Shown: positions 32,246-43,113, counted from the stretch's first letter. The stretch is 51,130 nucleotides of DNA from an uncultured Muribaculaceae bacterium (GCA_964553605.1 CAZKKR010000002.1:1-51130), one strand, 5' to 3'. Notes: generated by a model from the letters alone, not told the origin. Numbers and translations are program-made.

Positions 32246-34372
32246 ATGGAAGAAAAGGTGCTAGAATATATAACAAAACACAATAAAGCAGTTACTTATG
32301 AAGAAATTGCTACTGTATTAAGTGATGAAGAACTTCCACAACTAGCGAAAACTTTAGAAAAATTAGAAAAAGAATTAAAGATAAGACTTACTAATAAAGG
32401 TAAATATGAAAAATTTAATGATAAGATGAAAAAAATAGGAATATTTGCTGGTAATAAAAAAAGTTTTGGCTTTGTAGTTGTCGATGGTGTTAAAGATGAT
32501 TATTATGTTGCAGCTGAAAATGTAAACGGAGCAGTTGACGGCGATGAAGTTATTATTAAAATTATTGATGAAGGTAGGCATGAAGCTATAGTTTCATCAA
32601 TTAATAAGCGTAATATGAGTAATACTTTAGTTGGGGAATTATACGTTAAAGATCAAAAGAACTTTATTGAACTTGATGACGATAAATTAAAAATTGTTGT
32701 TGAAATCCCTAATGATAAGTTAAACGGAGCAGTTCCTGGACATAAGGTAATTGTTAAGATAGAAAATAAAATTGAAAAAAGCAATTATTATGAAGGGGAA
32801 GTTACAAGAGTTTTAGGTCACAAAGATGATCCAGGAGTTGATATTTTATCTATTGCTGCCAAATATCAAGTAAATGATATTTTCCCTGAAGAAGTGGATG
32901 AAGAACTTAAAAATATTCCAAGTGAAGTTTTAGAGGAAGAACTTAAATCAAGAAGAGATTTAACTAGTGAAATGATTTTTACAATCGATGGCGATGATAC
33001 CAAAGATATTGATGATGCAATTAGTATTAAAAGACTTGATAATGGAAATTATTTATTAGGTGTACATATTGCTGATGTTAGTCATTATGTAAAACCAAAT
33101 ACAGCTTTATATGAAGAAGCTTATGAACGAGGAACAAGTAATTATTTGGCTAATACAGTAATTCCAATGCTTCCACATCAACTTTCAAATGGTATATGTT
33201 CATTAAACCCAGATGTTGTTAGACTTACTATTTCTTGTGTAATGGAAATAGATCAAAAAGGTAATACTTTAAGTAGTGATATTTTTGAAAGTTATATTAA
33301 ATCTAGAAAACAAATGACATATAAAAATGTTAATAAAATTTTAGAAGAAAATATTATTCCAGAAGGTTATGAGGAGTTTGTTTCTGACTTAAACTTAATG
33401 AAAGAGCTTGCTTCAATAATACGAAAAACAAAAGTTGAAAAAGGTTATATTGATTTTGATGTCGATGAACCTAAAGTTATTACTGATGAAAACGGAAAAG
33501 CAATTGATATTGAAAAAAGAGTAAGAGGAATAGGTGAAAATTTAATTGAAGACTTTATGATAGCGGCTAATGAAGCTGTTGCCACAACAATTACTTATAT
33601 GGATCTTCCTTTTATCTACCGTGTTCATGGCCGACCTGATGAAGATAAATTAAAAAGATTTTTGGGCTTTTTAAGTGTTTTGGGTTATAAAGTAAATGCT
33701 AATATGAAAAATATTACACCTAAAACAATTCAAAGCATTTTAGAACAGTTAAAAGACAAAAAAGAATATCCTGTTTTATCTAATATGCTTTTAAGAAGTA
33801 TGATGAAAGCAATATATGATAATACTAATATTGGTCATTTTGGTTTAGCAAGCAAATTTTATACACATTTTACTTCACCAATTAGAAGATTTCCTGATTT
33901 AACTGTTCATAGACTACTTAGAACATATTTGTTTGAACATAAAATTGATAATTCGACTGTTGATTATTTTAATGAAGAACTTCCAATTATCGCTAAAAAA
34001 TCATCTGATAGAGAAAAGGCTGCTGATGACTGTGAAAGAGATGTTACAGATATGAAGATGGCTGAATATATGGAAAGTCATATAGGTGAAGTTTACAAAG
34101 GAATGATAAGTACCGTTACAAGTTATGGTATGTATGTTGAATTACCTAATTTAGTAGAAGGACTTGTTAAAATTGACAGTATTGATGATGACTATTATAC
34201 TTATGATGAAAGCACATATAGTTTAATTGGTAAAAAAAGTAAAAAAAGATATGTTCTTGGTATGACAGTAGAAATAGTTGTTGAAAGTGTGGTAAAAGAA
34301 AAAGGGCTTATTAATTTTATACTAAACAAAGGTGATAAAAATGGAAATAAACAACCGCAAAGCAAAGCATAA
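32246..34372 (+). CDS. rnr: Ribonuclease R
   Basis: 708 aa. RNB-domain motifs [16 protein letters not shown] and [10 protein letters not shown]-terminal S1-like domain [20 protein letters not shown]. Located upstream of smpB as in many Firmicutes. Confidence 0.92.
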   Translation: MEEKVLEYITKHNKAVTYEEIATVLSDEELPQLAKTLEKLEKELKIRLTNKGKYEKFNDKMKKIGIFAGNKKSFGFVVVDGVKDDYYVAAENVNGAVDGDEVIIKIIDEGRHEAIVSSINKRNMSNTLVGELYVKDQKNFIELDDDKLKIVVEIPNDKLNGAVPGHKVIVKIENKIEKSNYYEGEVTRVLGHKDDPGVDILSIAAKYQVNDIFPEEVDEELKNIPSEVLEEELKSRRDLTSEMIFTIDGDDTKDIDDAISIKRLDNGNYLLGVHIADVSHYVKPNTALYEEAYERGTSNYLANTVIPMLPHQLSNGICSLNPDVVRLTISCVMEIDQKGNTLSSDIFESYIKSRKQMTYKNVNKILEENIIPEGYEEFVSDLNLMKELASIIRKTKVEKGYIDFDVDEPKVITDENGKAIDIEKRVRGIGENLIEDFMIAANEAVATTITYMDLPFIYRVHGRPDEDKLKRFLGFLSVLGYKVNANMKNITPKTIQSILEQLKDKKEYPVLSNMLLRSMMKAIYDNTNIGHFGLASKFYTHFTSPIRRFPDLTVHRLLRTYLFEHKIDNSTVDYFNEELPIIAKKSSDREKAADDCERDVTDMKMAEYMESHIGEVYKGMISTVTSYGMYVELPNLVEGLVKIDSIDDDYYTYDESTYSLIGKKSKKRYVLGMTVEIVVESVVKEKGLINFILNKGDKNGNKQPQSKA

Positions 34373-34775
34373 TTATCAGATTTTTGAAACCATTGAAGCT
34401 GGTATTGTTTTAACTGGAACGGAAATAAAATCTATTAAAGCTGGTAAAGCTAATATTAAAGATAGTTATGCGAATATTAAAAATGATGAAGCTTTTCTTA
34501 TAAATATGCATATTAGTAGTTATGATAATGGAAATATTTTTAATCATGAAGAGACTAGGACTAGAAAACTACTTTTACACAAAAAAGAAATTTATAAACT
34601 ACGTGATAAAATAAGATTAGAAGGTTATACTTTAATTCCTTTAAAAGTATACTTAAGCAAAGGAAAAGCTAAAATTATGCTTGGTGTATGCAGGGGTAAG
34701 AAAGATTACGATAAAAGAGAGGATATTAAAAAACGTGATATTGAAAGGGATATCCGTAGTAGACTAAAGAAATAA
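34341..34775 (+). CDS. smpB: SsrA-binding protein SmpB
   Basis: [27 protein letters not shown]...LLLHKKEI. Immediately upstream of the tmRNA gene. Start is ATG 34341 or GTG 34332. Confidence 0.92.
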   Translation: MEINNRKAKHNYQIFETIEAGIVLTGTEIKSIKAGKANIKDSYANIKNDEAFLINMHISSYDNGNIFNHEETRTRKLLLHKKEIYKLRDKIRLEGYTLIPLKVYLSKGKAKIMLGVCRGKKDYDKREDIKKRDIERDIRSRLKK

Positions 34776-34776
34776 T

Positions 34777-34805
34777 TTGTCAAAAAAACGGTTATATGTT
34801 AAAAT
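34777..34805 (+). promoter_or_regulatory. Candidate ssrA promoter (TTGTCA, 17 nt spacer, TGtTAAAAT)
   Basis: ttgtca 34777-34782, taaaat 34800-34805 preceded by tgt. About 17 nt upstream of the mature tmRNA 5' end. Confidence 0.55.
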
Positions 34806-34821
34806 ATAACTGTTTAAAAAC

Positions 34822-35170
34822 GGGCCCGTCTTGGTTTCGACAGAAATAGGGAGATTTAAACTGCAAGTCGGAGAGACACGTTAAGTCTAACTTAAATATA
34901 ACTGGAAACAGAAATAATTACGTACCTTCATTTGCCTAAGGTTGGCATGGTACACTTCTTTAATTTTTAGCTCACAAAAAATTTTAGAAGTTCGCTTTTA
35001 GTGAGATATATCATTATTTAGCCTAGAAGTAGTGATGAATTTTATAGGCTTACTAATAAAATAGTTGTTAGTTACTAATTTTTATTAGGAAATTTTATAA
35101 CTAACTAAACTTGTAGATGTTTACTTTGAAGTATTTTTGGACAGGAGTTCAATTCTCCTCGGGTCCACCA
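34822..35170 (+). ncRNA. ssrA: tmRNA (transfer-messenger RNA)
   Basis: The 5' GGGCCCG pairs with the 3' CGGGTCC-ACCA, including a G3:U wobble (alanine identity). 5' ...TTGGTTTCGACAG. T-arm GGAGTTCAATTCTCC. Candidate tag ORF GGA AAC AGA AAT AAT TAC GTA CCT TCA TTT GCC TAA (34904-34939) encodes (A)GNRNNYVPSFA. Length about 349 nt. Confidence 0.9.
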
Positions 35171-35205
35171 TAGGTAATTAGTCTATTTATTAGATTTTAT
35201 ATATA

Positions 35206-35229
35206 AAAGGTTAATTTTGATTAACCTTT
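35206..35229 (+). terminator. Hairpin downstream of ssrA
   Basis: aaaggttaat (35206-35215), loop tttg, attaaccttt (35220-35229). Weak T-tract. Confidence 0.5.
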
Positions 35230-35720
35230 ATTGTTTAATTTGGGGTGAGTGTGTGCAAGTATTTAGAATATGTGATAAAGCTGAAGTGGATAAAATATTT
35301 AAAGATATGGATTTTAAAGATATTGGGGCTTCTGGAAAAATGCATAAAAGAAAGCCGGGAGAAGCTACGGTTAATAATCATGTCTACGATGAAGATGAAA
35401 TGTATATGCATTTTTTTCCAAAATTTAGCGATTTATTTTATATAAATTTAGAAAAAGGGAAATGCGTTTGTACATATGATATTCCTGAAGAAATATTAGA
35501 TGCAAGTTTGGGTTATGGTGAATATATGGATTTATTTACTTATAGCATTCCGCGAAAAGTACCAGAGTATTGTATAAATAATAAATTATTAAAATTTGAA
35601 TATCTTACTCAAGTTAAATTATTAACTAATGATATTTCTTATATTGATTTTTTAAGTGAAGAACCGCTTGATGATTTTTATGAACTTATATATTCAAAAC
35701 AAGCATCTAAACATAAATAA
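35217..35720 (+). CDS. Hypothetical cytoplasmic protein
   Basis: Track ORF. The TTG start lies inside the ssrA terminator hairpin, so the real start is probably downstream (for example in-frame GTG 35253 after GGGGTGAG). No family recognised. Confidence 0.45.
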   Translation: MINLYCLIWGECVQVFRICDKAEVDKIFKDMDFKDIGASGKMHKRKPGEATVNNHVYDEDEMYMHFFPKFSDLFYINLEKGKCVCTYDIPEEILDASLGYGEYMDLFTYSIPRKVPEYCINNKLLKFEYLTQVKLLTNDISYIDFLSEEPLDDFYELIYSKQASKHK

Positions 35721-35740
35721 TTTTTGATAGAGGTGTTATA

Positions 35741-36493
35741 GTGAATCAAATTTTTGATATTAATATTAATATTATGGAAAATATAGATTTGGATATAATA
35801 AAAGATATAGAAGAAAAGTGTAAGACAGGAAAATCTTTAACTAAAGATGAGTCTTTATATTTTTTAAGTTATATTTCATATAAAGTTCGTGATTTACTAA
35901 TAAAAAGTAAAAATGAAAACGTAGATGAATATAATTTTTCCGGAGATTGTACTAATGCCCAGTCTATGCTTAAATACTATTTTGATGATTTAGGACTAAA
36001 AAGTATTCCTGTACAGACAAACCGCATATTCTTTAATGTTATCCAACATTCTTTTATAATTGTTTATCTGCTAGAGGAAGATGATTTGGTTCCTTATATA
36101 GTTGACCCAACTTATAATCAGTTTTTTGATATTGATAAATGTCTGGCATCAAAATATGTTATTAAAGATGGTATTATTAAATGGACACCCGATCCAGGGT
36201 ATTTTGTTTTAAAAGCAGATGAAGAAAAACAAAATATTATTAAAAAACTTTTAAAATATGGATTTATGGAAATGACTAGAGATAATGCGATTATTTATGG
36301 TGATAGTTTTTATTTCACACAAACAGGACTTCCTAAAAGTGTTTATGATGTTCTTTCAAGTTTAAATGGACTTTATTTAAAATTTTTTTTAAGTAGTAAT
36401 TTTGAAGTTTCAAAAAGTAAAGATAATCTTAAGAAAAATAATTTACTTTTAGAGCCTTTAAAAAATAATAAAAAAGCAGCAAAAACAGTATAA
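35741..36493 (+). CDS. Hypothetical protein with a transglutaminase-like/papain-fold Cys-His-Asp signature
   Basis: GTG start after AGAGGTG. FSGDCTNAQSML..(35 aa)..IQHSFIIVYL..(13 aa)..YIVDPTYNQFF matches the C...H...D spacing of transglutaminase-like cysteine peptidases. No signal peptide. Confidence 0.5.
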   Translation: MNQIFDININIMENIDLDIIKDIEEKCKTGKSLTKDESLYFLSYISYKVRDLLIKSKNENVDEYNFSGDCTNAQSMLKYYFDDLGLKSIPVQTNRIFFNVIQHSFIIVYLLEEDDLVPYIVDPTYNQFFDIDKCLASKYVIKDGIIKWTPDPGYFVLKADEEKQNIIKKLLKYGFMEMTRDNAIIYGDSFYFTQTGLPKSVYDVLSSLNGLYLKFFLSSNFEVSKSKDNLKKNNLLLEPLKNNKKAAKTV

Positions 36494-36535
36494 TTTTTAG
36501 TAAATATTCCAAACTATTTATTAAGGAGGGATTTT

Positions 36536-37162
36536 ATGAAAAAATTATTCTGTTTTTTATTTATTTTACTTGTACTTTCTGGTTGTGGTAATATGAATAA
36601 TACTCCAACAAAAAAAGTTGAAGCATTTTTAAATAAATATCAAACAAATGATAAAGATGTTATGGATGATTTAAATGATGTTTTGCTTTTTGATAGTGAT
36701 ATGACGGACAGTGAAAGAAATGATTATCGTGAGTTTATGAAAAAACATTATCAGGATATGACATATAAAATTAAAGATGAAACTATTGATGGTGATACAG
36801 CCACGGTAGAAGTAGAAATAACTGTTCGCAGTTATGCAGATAAGGTAAATGAAGCTAATAATTATAGATTAGAAAACGCATCAGAATTTGATACTGATAA
36901 TACTTTTGCTTCGTATAGACTTGATAAGTTAAAAGATGTAAAAGATACTGAAACTTATACAATTAATTTTTATTTAAATAAGATTGATGATGAATGGGTA
37001 ATTAATCCAATATCTTCAGATGACGAAAGTAAAATAAATGGACTTTACGGTGTTAATGATATAAATGATTCGGTTATGGATACTACAGAATCAGATAGTA
37101 CTAAACAAGATTCGAATGTTGTTACCGATAATGCACAGAATGCCGATAATAATGCCTCTTAA
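36536..37162 (+). CDS. Putative lipoprotein, acidic, unknown function
   Basis: RBS AAGGAGGG. Lipobox LVLSGCGN. Confidence 0.65.
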   Translation: MKKLFCFLFILLVLSGCGNMNNTPTKKVEAFLNKYQTNDKDVMDDLNDVLLFDSDMTDSERNDYREFMKKHYQDMTYKIKDETIDGDTATVEVEITVRSYADKVNEANNYRLENASEFDTDNTFASYRLDKLKDVKDTETYTINFYLNKIDDEWVINPISSDDESKINGLYGVNDINDSVMDTTESDSTKQDSNVVTDNAQNADNNAS

Positions 37163-37217
37163 ATATTAAATGGACATATTTTGTCCATTTTTTGTATATA
37201 ATTTTTTAGGTGAAATA

Positions 37218-38246
37218 ATGAAAAAGATATTAATTATATTGTTATTAATTCCAATTAATGTTAAGGCTTTTGACACCTCGGCAAAATCGGCGATTTTAAT
37301 GGATATGGATAGTAACCGAATACTGTATGGTAAAAATATAAATTATACTCAAAGTGTGGCTTCGATATCTAAAATTATGACTGCTATTTGTGTTATTGAA
37401 AACACTAACATAAATAAAAGTGTGATAGTAGGTGAAGAGGTATTAAAGTCGTATGGTTCGGGCATTTATGTGCAAATTGGTGAGAGGTTAAAAATAAAAG
37501 ATTTACTATATGGTCTTATGATGCGAAGTGGTAATGATGCCGCGTTAGTTTTAGCTAAGAATACATCTGGTAGTGTTTTAAAATTTGTGGATATGATGAA
37601 TGAAAAAGCAAAGAAGCTCGGAATGAAAAACACCATTTTTAACAACCCTAGTGGGTTAGATGAAAAAGAATTTAAAGGTAACTTTTCTTCAGCTTATGAT
37701 ATGGCTTTACTTATGAGTTACGCGATGAAAAACAAGCATTTTAGAAAAATAGTTAGTACGAAAGAATACAATTTAAAAACAAATAAAAATGTTTATAAAT
37801 GGAAGAATAAAAATAAACTTTTATATTCATATAAATATATGTTAGGGGGGAAAACCGGGTTTACTAAAAAAGCAAAGCGAACTTTAGTTACAGCGGCTTC
37901 TAAAAATAATCTTAATTTAGTAGCAGTAACAATTAATGATGGAAATGATTTTAAAGATCACGTAGATTTATTTGATGAGGCTTTTTCAAAATATAAAAAT
38001 TTTCTTTTACTAAATAAAGGAACTCTTTCAATTATTGGTGAAAATTATTATAGCGATGATAAACTATATATTAAAAATAAAATTACTTATCCACTTATTT
38101 TAGATGAAGAGTCTTTGCTTAAAATGAAATATGAGTTAGAGAAAAAGAGACATTATAAAAATAAAAGTAAAGTTGGAAGTGTAAAGATTTATTTGGGTGA
38201 TCAAATTATAAGAAATGAAAATATTTATGTTAAGGCTAAATCATGA
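37218..38246 (+). CDS. dacB: D-alanyl-D-alanine carboxypeptidase (S11), DacB-like sporulation PBP
   Basis: SxxK SVASISKIM, SxN MRSGND, KTG GGKTGFT. Signal peptide from ATG 37218 (the track ORF starts at 37170). Followed by spmA and spmB as in Bacillus subtilis. Confidence 0.88.
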   Translation: MKKILIILLLIPINVKAFDTSAKSAILMDMDSNRILYGKNINYTQSVASISKIMTAICVIENTNINKSVIVGEEVLKSYGSGIYVQIGERLKIKDLLYGLMMRSGNDAALVLAKNTSGSVLKFVDMMNEKAKKLGMKNTIFNNPSGLDEKEFKGNFSSAYDMALLMSYAMKNKHFRKIVSTKEYNLKTNKNVYKWKNKNKLLYSYKYMLGGKTGFTKKAKRTLVTAASKNNLNLVAVTINDGNDFKDHVDLFDEAFSKYKNFLLLNKGTLSIIGENYYSDDKLYIKNKITYPLILDEESLLKMKYELEKKRHYKNKSKVGSVKIYLGDQIIRNENIYVKAKS

Positions 38247-38815
38247 TTAATAAGCTATGGACTTTTTTAATTATTATAGGTTCGTTATTTTTAATTATTA
38301 ATGGTAAATTTGATATTTTAAATAAGCAAATTTTAACTAGTGGGAAAGTGACTTTAGACTTATTAATTCAAATTTTCCCCTTAATAGCGCTTTGGCTTGG
38401 AATAATGAATATTGCTAAAAAAGCAGGATTATTAGACAAAATTTCAAAATTTATTACACCATTTTTAAGAAGATTATTTCCAAAAATTCCAGAAGGACAT
38501 GAGGCTTTTGGGTATATATCTTCTAATATTATCGCTAATATATTTGGACTTGGAAATGCGGCAACGCCATTTGGTATTAAAGCTATGGAATCTATGCAAG
38601 AATTAAACGAAAACAAAGAAGAAGCTAGCATTAGTATGATTACTTTTTTAATTATAAACACTTGTGGCTTTACTTTAATTCCAACAACTATTATTTCACT
38701 TAGAATGCTTCATAAAAGTAAGAGCCCTACTAGTATTGTTTTACCATGTATAATTGTTAGTTTTTTGTCTTTAGTTTTTGGTCTTGTTATTGATAGGTTG
38801 TGGTCTAAAAAATGA
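38243..38815 (+). CDS. spmA: Spore maturation protein A
   Basis: ALWLGIMNIAKKAGLLDKISKFITPFLRRLFPKIPEGHEA...NIFGLGNAATPFGIKAMESMQELN closely follows B. subtilis SpmA as remembered. ATGA overlap with dacB. Confidence 0.88.
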   Translation: MINKLWTFLIIIGSLFLIINGKFDILNKQILTSGKVTLDLLIQIFPLIALWLGIMNIAKKAGLLDKISKFITPFLRRLFPKIPEGHEAFGYISSNIIANIFGLGNAATPFGIKAMESMQELNENKEEASISMITFLIINTCGFTLIPTTIISLRMLHKSKSPTSIVLPCIIVSFLSLVFGLVIDRLWSKK

Positions 38816-39321
38816 GTGATTTGTTCATTCCTTTAATTGTTTTATTTGTGATAGTATATGGCTTTTTTAATAAAATAAACATTTATGATGCTTTTACTGA
38901 GGGCGTGATGGAAAGTTTTCCAATGATTAAAAAAATGTTCCCCTCACTTTTAGCTATGATTTTAGCAGTGAATATTTTTAGAAGTAGTGAGGTAATTGAT
39001 TATATCTTTTCTTTTTTTAAACCACTTTTTTTAATATTAAAAATTCCTTTTGAAGTTTTACCTATGGCAATTATGAGACCGCTTTCAGGTAGTTTTGGTC
39101 TGGCATTTTTAAATAACATATATGAAATATATGGACCAGATAGTTATATAAGCGTGCTTTCTTCAGTTATTCAAGGTTCAAGTGATACGACTATTTATAT
39201 AATAACTTTATACTTTGGAACTATAGGAATAAAAAAAATAAAATATGCTTTATGGGTAGGCTTACTTGCCGATTTATTTATGATTATTATTAGTTTAATA
39301 GTAGTTCCACTTTTTTTTTGA
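38812..39321 (+). CDS. spmB: Spore maturation protein B
   Basis: Overlaps spmA by 4 nt. Polytopic nucleoside-recognition-like membrane protein in the canonical dacB-spmA-spmB order. Confidence 0.85.
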   Translation: MSDLFIPLIVLFVIVYGFFNKINIYDAFTEGVMESFPMIKKMFPSLLAMILAVNIFRSSEVIDYIFSFFKPLFLILKIPFEVLPMAIMRPLSGSFGLAFLNNIYEIYGPDSYISVLSSVIQGSSDTTIYIITLYFGTIGIKKIKYALWVGLLADLFMIIISLIVVPLFF

Positions 39322-39362
39322 CATAATAGTTTTCATAAAGTATAATCTAATTGGTGATTTTC

Positions 39363-40079
39363 ATGGAAAGACTTCAAAAAATTATTGCAAATAGTGGATA
39401 CTGTTCAAGGAGAAAAGCAGAAGAGTTAATAGAAAATGGTAAAGTTTTTGTAAATGGTGAGAAAGTTACTAGTTTAGGGGTTAAAGCTAGTTATAGTGAT
39501 CAAATAACAGTTAATGGTTGCAATTTAAAATTAGAAAATAAAGAATATGTTTTACTTTATAAACCAAGAGGAGTTATTACTACTACTAATGATGAAAAAG
39601 GGCGAAAAACAGTTTTGGATTTAATTGAGACTACTAATAGATTATATCCAGTTGGAAGACTTGATTATGATACTAGTGGGGCTTTAGTTTTAACAAATGA
39701 TGGAGAGCTTACCAATCTGCTTATTCATCCTAGTAGTAATATTGAAAAAGTTTATGTTGCTAAAATTGAAGGACTTGTAAAGCCAGAGCTTATTAAAAAG
39801 ATGTGTGCTGGTGTTATAATAGATGGTAAAAAAACAGCTAAAGCTAAAGCTAAAATAAAAAAAATAGATAAAAAGAAAAACTCTTCAATAGTTGAGCTTA
39901 TAATTCATGAAGGGAAAAATCATCAGGTTAAAAAAATGTTTGAGGCTATAGGTTATAAGGTTATTAAATTAAAACGTGAAAAATTTGCCGGACTTACTTT
40001 AGCTGGACTTACTTCTGGTAAGTATAGACATTTGACTATAAAAGAAGTTAAAACTCTTTATTCGTTAGGTAATGAATAA
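39363..40079 (+). CDS. rluB: rRNA pseudouridine synthase, RluB/RsuA family
   Basis: S4 domain ERLQKIIANSGYCSRRKAEELIENGKVFVNG. Catalytic GRLDYDTSGALVLTNDGEL. ATG 39363 after GGTGA. Confidence 0.88.
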   Translation: MERLQKIIANSGYCSRRKAEELIENGKVFVNGEKVTSLGVKASYSDQITVNGCNLKLENKEYVLLYKPRGVITTTNDEKGRKTVLDLIETTNRLYPVGRLDYDTSGALVLTNDGELTNLLIHPSSNIEKVYVAKIEGLVKPELIKKMCAGVIIDGKKTAKAKAKIKKIDKKKNSSIVELIIHEGKNHQVKKMFEAIGYKVIKLKREKFAGLTLAGLTSGKYRHLTIKEVKTLYSLGNE

Positions 40080-40169
40080 TGTGACAAACAGTTGTAAATA
40101 AGCAATTGTTTTTTTCTTTATTATGTTTGTAATATGATATAATGATTTTGAATTATAGGGAGTGATAAT

Positions 40170-40988
40170 GTGAAAAAGAAAATATTTATTTTGGGTCTTG
40201 TTTTTTGTGTTTTAATGGTTAATATTAGTAGTGTTTTGGCTAAAGAGGTTAGCTTTGCCGATTTAAAAACACGCTTTATTCAACTTATTAATGATAGTAA
40301 TTATACTATTACGGACACTGATAATAAAGTTACTATAGCTTTAACGAATGAAACTCATGGGCCTTACTCAATTGAATTTAATTATGCCGAAAATGTTGTC
40401 TCTTATGTTAATAATAGAGATGTTTCAGAGGCAACGGATCAGCAAAAAGTATACTATGCACAAGTGGATTATTATTTTGTACTGGCTCTTATATATACTT
40501 TATTTGATGTATATGATATAAGACCTGATGCTGAATTTAGTGATGATGATTATGATGAGATGGGAGTTACAATAGAAACAAGCGATGAAATTAGTTGTAG
40601 GACCGAGAATAATTTGGAAGTTTCTACAGAACCTATTACTTCATTTAGTATAGATTTAACTAAATTTAACAATTATACTTTAAATTTTCAAGATGCTGAA
40701 AATTCAGTTGACGGGGAGCAGCTTATAGCTTTTTTAAAGTCGATGATGAATCCTATGAATGACAATGTTTTTTCTTCTGAAAATTTAGATGATTTTAGTG
40801 ATTTGTTTGATGTGGATTTAGATATTGAACAAGAGACTAAAGATGATATTCAAGTAGTTAACCCTGAAAAGAAATCTGTTGTAAAGGTTCCGGCTACAAA
40901 AGCAAATTCAATGTATATGTTAATTGGCATTCCTTTAGTAGCTGTTGCGGTTGGGGTTTTAGTTTATTTTATTATTTTAAAAAGATAA
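40170..40988 (+). CDS. Secreted acidic protein with a C-terminal TM anchor, unknown function
   Basis: GTG start after GGGAG. Signal peptide ...NISSVLA/KE. C-terminal MLIGIPLVAVAVGVLVYFIILKR. Confidence 0.6.
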   Translation: MKKKIFILGLVFCVLMVNISSVLAKEVSFADLKTRFIQLINDSNYTITDTDNKVTIALTNETHGPYSIEFNYAENVVSYVNNRDVSEATDQQKVYYAQVDYYFVLALIYTLFDVYDIRPDAEFSDDDYDEMGVTIETSDEISCRTENNLEVSTEPITSFSIDLTKFNNYTLNFQDAENSVDGEQLIAFLKSMMNPMNDNVFSSENLDDFSDLFDVDLDIEQETKDDIQVVNPEKKSVVKVPATKANSMYMLIGIPLVAVAVGVLVYFIILKR

Positions 40989-41016
40989 AAACTATTTCAT
41001 TTGAAATAGTTTTTTT
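40987..41016. terminator. Bidirectional terminator between convergent genes
   Basis: aaaaactatttca (40987-40999), loop tt, tgaaatagttttt (41002-41014). Confidence 0.65.
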
Positions 41017-41197
41017 ATTCTTCAGCACTTATTGCTTCGGTTGGGCAACTTTCTTTAGCTGTTTTTACATCGTCATTTACTTCTTGTTTTACAGCTTTTG
41101 CAAGTCCATCATCATCAAATTCAAAAACTTCTGGAGCTATTGCTGTACAAGAACCGCAACCAATACATTTTGTTTTATCAACTTCAACCTTTGCCAT
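41015..41197 (-). CDS. Small [4Fe-4S] ferredoxin (60 aa)
   Basis: CIGCGSCTAIAP...ESCPTEAI (CxxCxxC...CP). RBS AGGAGG upstream on the minus strand. Confidence 0.88.
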   Translation of the reverse strand: MAKVEVDKTKCIGCGSCTAIAPEVFEFDDDGLAKAVKQEVNDDVKTAKESCPTEAISAEE

Positions 41198-41303
41198 AAT
41201 TTAATCCTCCTATAAAAATTATAAATAAATAATTTGGAAAAAGCAAGTACATACTTTTAAAAATAGTTAAATTATGATATTATTATTGTAGGAGGCGATA
41301 CCT

Positions 41304-42065
41304 ATGTCATCAAGAATGGAAAGATATAGAAATAAAACTGTAAAATCATCAAGATCAAGTCGTAATAAGAGTTTATATAACAGTATATATTCTTATGATG
41401 ATAAGTATAGCAACATTGAAGGTGTGGCTTCTATAGACAAAGAAAATGAAATAGATATTTCAAAAGTTAAAAGGATGCTTGAGGATAGAGAAAATACTAA
41501 TAGAAGAAGGTTGCGCAGTTCTTCCTATGAAAACACCGATGAATATCCAGTTTTGAAAAATCGTTATAAGGAAGATACTAATCGTAATTATGATATTGTA
41601 GATGTTTTAAAAGAGGCGAAAGAGAAAAAAGAACCAGATAATAAAGAACGTGTTTTAAATAATACTAACTATGATATTTTGAAAAAACTTAATTTAAAGT
41701 CTTCCAATAGTGATGATGAAAATAGGGAAGAGGATTTGAAAGATTTAATTGAAACAATATCAAATACTAGTTTGTTAAATAAAAACAGTGAAGAAACTTC
41801 AACTGATATGTTTAGTGATTTGATGGATGACGATACAAAAGTTGGAGATGTCAAAGATTTTACAGAATTTACTTCTATGAATAGTAAAACAATGGATGAT
41901 TCATTTTTTACCGGAGGAGTTGGGCTTAAAAAAGCCGATTTTATTGAAGGTGGCACGAAAAAGGGTTCATTTGTTAAAACTTTGTTTTTAACTATAATTA
42001 TTTTGGCAATTATTGCTGGAGCGGCTATTTTTGCTCTTAAGTACTTTCATATAATAGACTTTTAA
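41304..42065 (+). CDS. Hypothetical basic/acidic low-complexity protein with a C-terminal TM helix
   Basis: RBS GGAGG. TLFLTIIILAIIAGAAIFALKYF near the C-terminus. No family recognised. Confidence 0.55.
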   Translation: MSSRMERYRNKTVKSSRSSRNKSLYNSIYSYDDKYSNIEGVASIDKENEIDISKVKRMLEDRENTNRRRLRSSSYENTDEYPVLKNRYKEDTNRNYDIVDVLKEAKEKKEPDNKERVLNNTNYDILKKLNLKSSNSDDENREEDLKDLIETISNTSLLNKNSEETSTDMFSDLMDDDTKVGDVKDFTEFTSMNSKTMDDSFFTGGVGLKKADFIEGGTKKGSFVKTLFLTIIILAIIAGAAIFALKYFHIIDF

Positions 42066-43113
42066 TAAGAGTTATTAATGGTATTCCGCCTAATATTATA
42101 AGTGTTATGTAAATAAATGGAGTGGTGAAAAAAGGTTCGCCACTTTTATAATTTATGATTAATATGTTACTAATTATAAAAATGAATAAGCAAATAAACA
42201 ACACATATTTATTTGTTTTTTTATTCACATGGAAATTTGTGTAAATGTTTTCTTTTAAATAATGAATCATTATTATTATTTCTATAAATATGGCGAAAAT
42301 GGTTTCTATTGATAAGCAATTTTCAATTCTATCGAATACCCCTAAGATGCTTACTCTTTTTAATATTTGAAAGGCAGGATATTCATATAATGAGGCTAAG
42401 TTGATACCAAATGAGCAAATGACGATGATAGCTATAATGAATATACTTAATGAAGATACTAAATACATTATTAGGCTATTTTTACTAGAGTAGTTTTTTA
42501 TTTTGGTTTTGGGAATTATATTTAAATAATACAATTTTATTATATTACTACCAGTAAATATAAATGCACATTTAAATATATTATTGATGTTATTTGTAAA
42601 TATAGGTTTTACATTACTAATATCTATATTTCCTATAAGTCCGAAAAATATTAAAAAATAAAAGAAAGTGGAAACATAAAATAGCATTAAACTTATTCTA
42701 CTAATAATATGCATATCTTTTGTACTTGTGTAACAGATTGGAATTATTAAAGATAAGCTTATTATCCAAAGGCTTGTTTTATATAAAAAAAGGGAATTTG
42801 CAAATTTTATTAAAATTAAAAAAGTATATGTTACAAGTAGAAGTGTGCAGATAAAGATAAGAACATTAATTATTTTTCCTAGCTTTGGCCATAGTTTATT
42901 ATTTAAAGATATTATATTGTCGTTTGGAAATTTTTGTTTTAGGTATTCATATATAAGAAAAGGAATTAATCCTATTATTATTCCAAATATAATACTTATC
43001 CATGAATCTTCTTTAACATAATATATAATACTTGTTAATGTTAATTCAGTGAAACAAGCTCTAATTAAAAACCAAATCAGTGTATGATATTCAAAAGTGC
43101 TTATTTTTTTCAT
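42037..43113 (-). CDS. Spore germination protein, GerAB/GerKB-type permease subunit
   Basis: 358 aa with about 10 TMs, last gene of a ger operon. The 3' end overlaps the convergent 41304 gene by 29 nt. Confidence 0.8.
   Translation of the reverse strand: MKKISTFEYHTLIWFLIRACFTELTLTSIIYYVKEDSWISIIFGIIIGLIPFLIYEYLKQKFPNDNIISLNNKLWPKLGKIINVLIFICTLLLVTYTFLILIKFANSLFLYKTSLWIISLSLIIPICYTSTKDMHIISRISLMLFYVSTFFYFLIFFGLIGNIDISNVKPIFTNNINNIFKCAFIFTGSNIIKLYYLNIIPKTKIKNYSSKNSLIMYLVSSLSIFIIAIIVICSFGINLASLYEYPAFQILKRVSILGVFDRIENCLSIETIFAIFIEIIIMIHYLKENIYTNFHVNKKTNKYVLFICLFIFIISNILIINYKSGEPFFTTPFIYITLIILGGIPLITLIKSLLYEST

Noticed and set aside
35171-36500. A genomic island integrated at the 3' end of ssrA
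   Set aside because: No integrase, no direct repeat of the tmRNA 3' end and no obvious composition shift. Kept only as a low-interest finding.
38368-38661. 97-aa minus-strand ORF inside spmA
   Set aside because: Antisense to a confidently recognised spmA.
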